64,000 nucleotides of DNA, from positions 1 through 64,000 of the forward strand of contig JAHQWH010000193.1 of NCBI GenBank assembly GCA_029856105.1, read 5' to 3'. Each line of letters opens with the position of its first letter. Position 1 is the first letter of the stretch. The notes beneath the pieces are model-generated. The model searched no databases, was not told where the DNA came from, and saw only the letters and a list, made by a program, of their open reading frames with translations. The position numbers and the translations under genes are program-made. Of this stretch, positions 59,011-64,000 are shown piece by piece. Origin of the DNA: Promethearchaeia archaeon. GTDB taxonomy: Archaea > Asgardarchaeota > Lokiarchaeia > Sigyniarchaeales > SOKP01.

Positions 59011-60288
59011 ATGATTGTAATTTCAAGCGAAGATTCAAAATATATGTATGAAATAATCCAAAGGATTATCGAAGAATGTGGCCCAAGAATGCCTTGTAGT
59101 CCTCAAGAGGCTCAAAGTGCGGAAATAATCAAAGAGGAATTAGAACATGTCTGTGATAAGACGGTAATAGAACCCTTCTCGTGTAATCCTCGCGCCTTCT
59201 TAGGATTTATAAAGGTTAATCTTACTTTAGTTGTTATGTCGTTTATAGCCTTTTTTCTTATACCGTTTAATTTAGTAAATTATTGGAGCTATTTAATGAC
59301 ATTTTTATCGTTCGGTTTGAACGTAATTGCGTTCCTAATCATATGGAATGAATTTTTTAATTATCGAGAATTCATTGATCCATTATTTAAATCAAGAGAA
59401 TCACAAAATGTTATTGGAAAGATTTCCTCTGAGGAAGAATTAAAAAAAATCGTGATCTTTTCTGGACATCACGATAGTGCGCTTCAGTTTAATTTATTAA
59501 CTCATTTAAAAATAGGCTATCCCATTATTATCTTTTTAGGCCTAGGTATTATGTTCTTGTGGTTGTTTGTATCAACCCTTATATTACTCTTAACCTTAAT
59601 GGGTTTATTTTTCTACGAAATCTTTTTTATTTTTGTATTAAGCCTGTTTTTAATAGGAACCCCAGCTTTTATTGGTTTATTTTTCTTCGTATCGTTTGGA
59701 AAAAAGGCTAATAAAGTACCAGGAGCCGTTGATAATTTAAGCGCTGTAGCAATCGTGTTAGCTATTGGAAAATACCTAAAAAATCATAAAGAAATTATAC
59801 CCAAAAACACAGAGATTAGATTAATATCTTTTGGGTGCGAAGAAGCCGGTTTAAGAGGCGCTTATAGATATGTTAAAGAACATTACGACGAGTTAGTAAA
59901 GTACGACGCAGAATGCGTCAATATGGATGGAATTCACAGCAAAGACAATATTTCTATCATAGATTTTGAACCAACAACTCGTACAAAACATTCTGATATT
60001 GTTGTTCAAAAAATAATTAATGCTGCTAAAAATTCCGAAATTAAACTTCAATCATCAGGATTAGGAGGATCAAGTAAGTTAGAAAAATTATTTGGCCAAA
60101 TTACTGGTGGCACAGATGCTACAGCATTCTCAAAAGCAAAGATCAAAGCTGCTAATATTTCTGCCATGAATTTAAAACAAATGGTTGGATTTTACCACCA
60201 ACATACAGACACAGTGGATAAAATTGAAAAAGGATCCCTTGAGAATGTTTTAAAGATTTGTATTTCCTACATTAATGGCGAATCTTAA
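59011..60288 (+). CDS. M28 family metallopeptidase with membrane insertions
   Basis: NVIG, GHHDS, GAVDNLS, CEEAGL.G, NMD, TDA and YH...D. Confidence 0.88.
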   Translation: MIVISSEDSKYMYEIIQRIIEECGPRMPCSPQEAQSAEIIKEELEHVCDKTVIEPFSCNPRAFLGFIKVNLTLVVMSFIAFFLIPFNLVNYWSYLMTFLSFGLNVIAFLIIWNEFFNYREFIDPLFKSRESQNVIGKISSEEELKKIVIFSGHHDSALQFNLLTHLKIGYPIIIFLGLGIMFLWLFVSTLILLLTLMGLFFYEIFFIFVLSLFLIGTPAFIGLFFFVSFGKKANKVPGAVDNLSAVAIVLAIGKYLKNHKEIIPKNTEIRLISFGCEEAGLRGAYRYVKEHYDELVKYDAECVNMDGIHSKDNISIIDFEPTTRTKHSDIVVQKIINAAKNSEIKLQSSGLGGSSKLEKLFGQITGGTDATAFSKAKIKAANISAMNLKQMVGFYHQHTDTVDKIEKGSLENVLKICISYINGES

Positions 60289-60314
60289 AAAAAGTTGAAA
60301 GAGATAAAAAAAAA

Positions 60315-62948
60315 TTAGTTAATTAAATCAATTCTCTCGTCTTTTTCTTTAACAACTAATTTAATTAACAATATTCCAAAAACAGTTGGAAGAATTCCGA
60401 CACCTATTACTGCAAATAAAATAAGTTGACCCATATTCTCAAAACTCACAAATAAAAATAGTTGTCCAACAGAATCTATGAGATAGTGCGCAATTATGCT
60501 AGGTATTATACTCTTAGTTTTGAGAAACATGTATCCGAAGAGAAACCCTAATAGAGCCGCGTATATTACTTGTAAAATTGTTAGAACCAAATATCTCCCA
60601 ACTAATAAATTAACAAAATGAAATAATCCAAATAATACGGATACTATTATCCACGTTGTTCTTTGAGAATATCTCCTTAAATTTAATTTAGTGATTACAC
60701 CCCTAAATGCTACTTCCTCCCATATCCCTGGAATCAACATTATAATAAATAAAAACCATCCAAAGAGCGCAATACTAGAACCAGGGGTTCCAAAAATCAC
60801 CTCTAAATCAAAGATATAATGCCCGAAAAGATTAGCTGTAATATAAGTGCTAATGAAAAATATAATAGAACATCCAATTCCAAGCATGATATTGCGAACT
60901 ATTTTATTATCAAATTTCAACCCAATGTTTTTTACGAATTCTTTTAGAGATTGTTTTCCCTCTGGAAGATTTAAGGAGCGTGGAACAATTAATAACCAAA
61001 ATAATGCCATTACTCCAAAAGTGACAAAGAAATCAAAAAAGAGTAACGCAATAAAGGGGATATCTACGAAAATATCTACGATAATGATTAAAGGTAATTC
61101 AATAAATATTGGTAAAAATAAGAATCCCGCATATAATAACAATAGAATTCCTGTACCAAAGATAGGGTATTTTCTGAAGCCTTCCCTTATACTTATCATT
61201 ATCTTCTTTCCTAGTACTTTTGGAAACATGCCATTAAATGAAATTAGTAAAATGCCCAAAGAGAACAAGCCCGCAATAAAAGTTACTAAAAACATCAAAC
61301 TGGCACCGTAAAAAATTAATAATATGCCCCCTAAGACGTTAAATGCTAAGTAAATCAAATGTAAACCAACTCCTATTATAATCCATTTAATTACTTTTTT
61401 TTCTGGATTAACTTCCTCAACAACAAATTTATATTTCATTCTACCGAAAAATCGAATTTTCAATTGGAACATGGATAATAGCAATGTTAATACTACTGGA
61501 TACCATGCAATAAACGACAGCAAATAGTTTAAAAATTCGGGATTTCCAATAAACAGAAAAATCGGTAGGAAATAAGAAATCGTCTGAATTGAACCCAATA
61601 AAAACAATTTCGCTTTAGCTTGGTCGCGAGGATTAATTGGTAAAGATGAGAGTATTGCCGCCCCAGAATCTTCCATATTTAAAAATGCTGAAGTAAGCAT
61701 CATTGAAACCATGGGTTGGTACATAGTTAGAAAAGACCAAATTACAATATAGTCTTCATAATAAGAAGCGCCTAGTCCGCTTGAACTCATCAAAAGGGGA
61801 ATTAAAGTTATAAAAGGGAAGATGAAAGGTATAATTACAAACATAAATGTTTGCATATCTCTTGTCGTAGTAGATAAATCCTTACGAATATAAGCTTTTA
61901 TTGGGGATCGTGATTCAATAAGCACTTCTATTTCTTTTTCAGGTTTTTTTTTGGAAGTAGTCTTTTTTTTTGTTTCAAGTGCGGCTGAAGAAGTTACTAT
62001 CCGCATTGACTTTAACGCTCTTTTATAGGCGAATCGGGTTAATAATATGGAGAGCGCGACTCCTAAAATAGTAGTAATCCAAAAAATAGCAGAAAAACTC
62101 GTTGGTTCAATAGCCAATGTTAATAAATTAGTTGATGCAAAAGGAAACGGGATTAAACTCATAATGATTTTTACTATAAAGGGAATTTCAAGTGAAGCGC
62201 TTAAATAAAATAATTCACTCGAAACAGTTATTATCCATTGAATAAAAAACGAAGCGGAAAATATTACGATTACATAACTCAACATAGTAAATATACGGAT
62301 AAGTGTCGCCTTCTTAGAACCTGCTTCGCTAACTTTTAATACGCGACTAATCCTTTCTGCTATTAAAACCAGTACGCTAAAAGAAAACATAACGTTAATT
62401 ATAGAAACAAATGCAGCAATTAAAGCCAATATTATATTTAGAGATATGATGAACATTATAACAGGAAAAGCAAGAGTCATAGTTATAAGTCCGATATCTA
62501 AATTGCGAAAAACCGTCATAAATCCTAATTTCCTTAATTTATCCTTAGAGATGGGTAGGGTCTCGTACCACCTAAAAGCCTCTCCAGACATCATAGCCGC
62601 AATACTGAACATCCCCAACATTGTTAAATATAATAATTGCATAATAAAAAATGCTCCAAAAAGAATACTTCCGGGGATTAAGACCGAATCTGCAGAAATT
62701 AGAGGATTGCCAAGGGCGTATTTAGCTTCTAGATAAGTACTTATTGGTAAAAATGAGATAGATAAAAACAATCCTGAAAATATTATTTTGATAGCAATAA
62801 CTTGTTGTTTAATAGATTTTTTATTTTTTTTGTATTTCTCCATAAGGCGGGCTTGGTTAGCTCCAGAAGATTGAACCTGCCCCTCCATCGTGATCTCTAA
62901 ATTAGTGAATTTAGCCAGTTTATAGAGCGTTAAATCCTTTTCTGTCAT
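60315..62948 (-). CDS. ABC-type permease fused to a C-terminal CPBP intramembrane protease
   Basis: About 14 TM permease with TLPIS and SLPIN internal repeats, then PGIWEEVAFRG, FGLFH and IIAH CPBP motifs. Confidence 0.8.
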   Translation of the reverse strand: MTEKDLTLYKLAKFTNLEITMEGQVQSSGANQARLMEKYKKNKKSIKQQVIAIKIIFSGLFLSISFLPISTYLEAKYALGNPLISADSVLIPGSILFGAFFIMQLLYLTMLGMFSIAAMMSGEAFRWYETLPISKDKLRKLGFMTVFRNLDIGLITMTLAFPVIMFIISLNIILALIAAFVSIINVMFSFSVLVLIAERISRVLKVSEAGSKKATLIRIFTMLSYVIVIFSASFFIQWIITVSSELFYLSASLEIPFIVKIIMSLIPFPFASTNLLTLAIEPTSFSAIFWITTILGVALSILLTRFAYKRALKSMRIVTSSAALETKKKTTSKKKPEKEIEVLIESRSPIKAYIRKDLSTTTRDMQTFMFVIIPFIFPFITLIPLLMSSSGLGASYYEDYIVIWSFLTMYQPMVSMMLTSAFLNMEDSGAAILSSLPINPRDQAKAKLFLLGSIQTISYFLPIFLFIGNPEFLNYLLSFIAWYPVVLTLLLSMFQLKIRFFGRMKYKFVVEEVNPEKKVIKWIIIGVGLHLIYLAFNVLGGILLIFYGASLMFLVTFIAGLFSLGILLISFNGMFPKVLGKKIMISIREGFRKYPIFGTGILLLLYAGFLFLPIFIELPLIIIVDIFVDIPFIALLFFDFFVTFGVMALFWLLIVPRSLNLPEGKQSLKEFVKNIGLKFDNKIVRNIMLGIGCSIIFFISTYITANLFGHYIFDLEVIFGTPGSSIALFGWFLFIIMLIPGIWEEVAFRGVITKLNLRRYSQRTTWIIVSVLFGLFHFVNLLVGRYLVLTILQVIYAALLGFLFGYMFLKTKSIIPSIIAHYLIDSVGQLFLFVSFENMGQLILFAVIGVGILPTVFGILLIKLVVKEKDERIDLIN

Positions 62949-62962
62949 AAAAATGAATCACC

Positions 62963-63760
62963 TTATTTTTTGGTGTTTTTAAAAGATTTTCGCAATTTTT
63001 TAACAATTTCGTTGACGCTCGTATCTTGTTCTGTCAATCTTAAGAAAACGTCTTCTAAACTCGCACCTAACTTGTCGGCTTGCTGTCGAAGTTCGTCCAT
63101 CGTTCCAATTCCAACCAATTTTCCCTTACTCATTATTGCTATTCGGTTACATAAATCTTCTGCTATTTCCATGATATGGGTAGAAAAAAGAACGGAACCT
63201 CCTTTCTCAATATGTATATCCAATATTTCTTTAACAACTCTTACGGACTTCGCGTCAAGTCCTGCCAAAGGCTCGTCTAAAATTAGTAAATCTGGGTCGT
63301 GAAGAATTGCCGAAATAATTTGAATTTTCTGCTTATTCCCGTGGGATAAAGTTGCTACTAATTGTTCGTAATAATCCAAGGCTCCCAAACTTTCCAGATA
63401 CTCTTTCGCTCGCTCTGTGGTTTCCTCTGCGTCTAATCTACGAATAGAAGCTATAAAATTAAACAAATCTTTAGGCGTGAGGGATTTGAATATGAGGGGC
63501 TCTTCTGAGACATAGCCTACTCGACTCTTAATTTGGACCTCATCTGTTTCTGGGTTTAAGCCCATTATAGTTATATTTCCTTCTTTGGGCTCTAATAACC
63601 CTAACAACATTTTTAAAGTAGTTGTCTTACCCGCTCCGTTCGGCCCTAAGAGCCCGAAAACTTCACCCTTTTTTACGTCAAAGGATATTCCATTTACTGC
63701 TTTAACATCCCCAAAAAACTTTTTCAATTCGTTAACAGAAATCATAACATTATCGTTCAT
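62963..63760 (-). CDS. ABC transporter ATP-binding protein
   Basis: GPNGAGKT, LSHG, LILDEP and STH. Confidence 0.93.
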   Translation of the reverse strand: MNDNVMISVNELKKFFGDVKAVNGISFDVKKGEVFGLLGPNGAGKTTTLKMLLGLLEPKEGNITIMGLNPETDEVQIKSRVGYVSEEPLIFKSLTPKDLFNFIASIRRLDAEETTERAKEYLESLGALDYYEQLVATLSHGNKQKIQIISAILHDPDLLILDEPLAGLDAKSVRVVKEILDIHIEKGGSVLFSTHIMEIAEDLCNRIAIMSKGKLVGIGTMDELRQQADKLGASLEDVFLRLTEQDTSVNEIVKKLRKSFKNTKK

Positions 63761-63793
63761 TCTTTATCACTCTAACAAAATTATACAAAATTT

Positions 63794-64000
63794 TTAATAT
63801 TTTTTAAATTGTAAATCTTTTTTTTTCTCTTTCCTAAAAAGTAATTTTATAAAGAGAATATTTAAAATTGTTGGGATTACGCCAACAAACCCGATTAAAT
63901 ATATTCCAATAATAAATATATTTTCTATATAACAGCTCATCAAGATTAGACCTACTGTATCAATTAAATAATGATATATGATAGATGGAAGCAGACTTTT
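63794..64000 (-). CDS. CPBP protease, 3' end only (runs off the window edge)
   Basis: Hand translation KSLLPSIIYHYLIDTVG...GVIPTIL aligns to KSIIPSIIAHYLIDSVG...GILPTVF of 60315-62948. Confidence 0.75.
   Translation of the reverse strand, partial: KSLLPSIIYHYLIDTVGLILMSCYIENIFIIGIYLIGFVGVIPTILNILFIKLLFRKEKKKDLQFKKY

Noticed and set aside
825-63797. Numerous 60-150 aa ORFs antisense to or overlapping long genes (e.g. 825-1094, 7310-7609, 14458-14766, 46401-46745, 60847-61311, 62970-63302)
   Set aside because: They are shadow ORFs of well-supported genes and have no motifs of their own.
63794-64000. Frameshifted CPBP pseudogene at the window end
   Set aside because: Careful translation shows a single uninterrupted frame to the stop at 63794.

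Overview
AT-rich (roughly 30% GC by eye), gene-dense archaeal DNA. It most likely comes from an Asgard archaeon (Lokiarchaeia-like). This is an inference from the co-occurrence of Ftr, a Hef helicase, archaeal Hsp20, BHB-type tRNA introns, longin-like, PCI-like and E2/RWD-like domains, and expanded FAD/CCG oxidoreductases. Most of the ~50 CDS are lipid, sugar, redox or membrane-protease genes. Highlights: (1) a tRNA-His(GUG) at 51620-51783 (-) that is split by three ~30-nt BHB introns at non-canonical positions 32/33, 45/46 and 59/60; (2) a six-gene ABC-2 operon (23852-32945, -) with two permeases and three ATPase modules. One ATPase is free-standing, one is fused behind an extracellular prenyltransferase/squalene-cyclase-repeat region, and one is a degenerate copy fused to E2/RWD-like domains. 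A longin-like membrane protein ends the operon, and two of the genes appear to need non-canonical ATT/ATC starts; (3) a 1470-aa tail-anchored coiled-coil protein with a prenyltransferase-like N-terminus and several PCI-like winged helices; (4) a multi-pass GDPD resembling animal GDE2/GDE3; (5) a 24-bp palindromic element found twice, about 46 kb apart, each time ~52-54 nt after a stop codon. No rRNA, CRISPR array or transposase was seen. All family assignments come from motif recognition without database searches.
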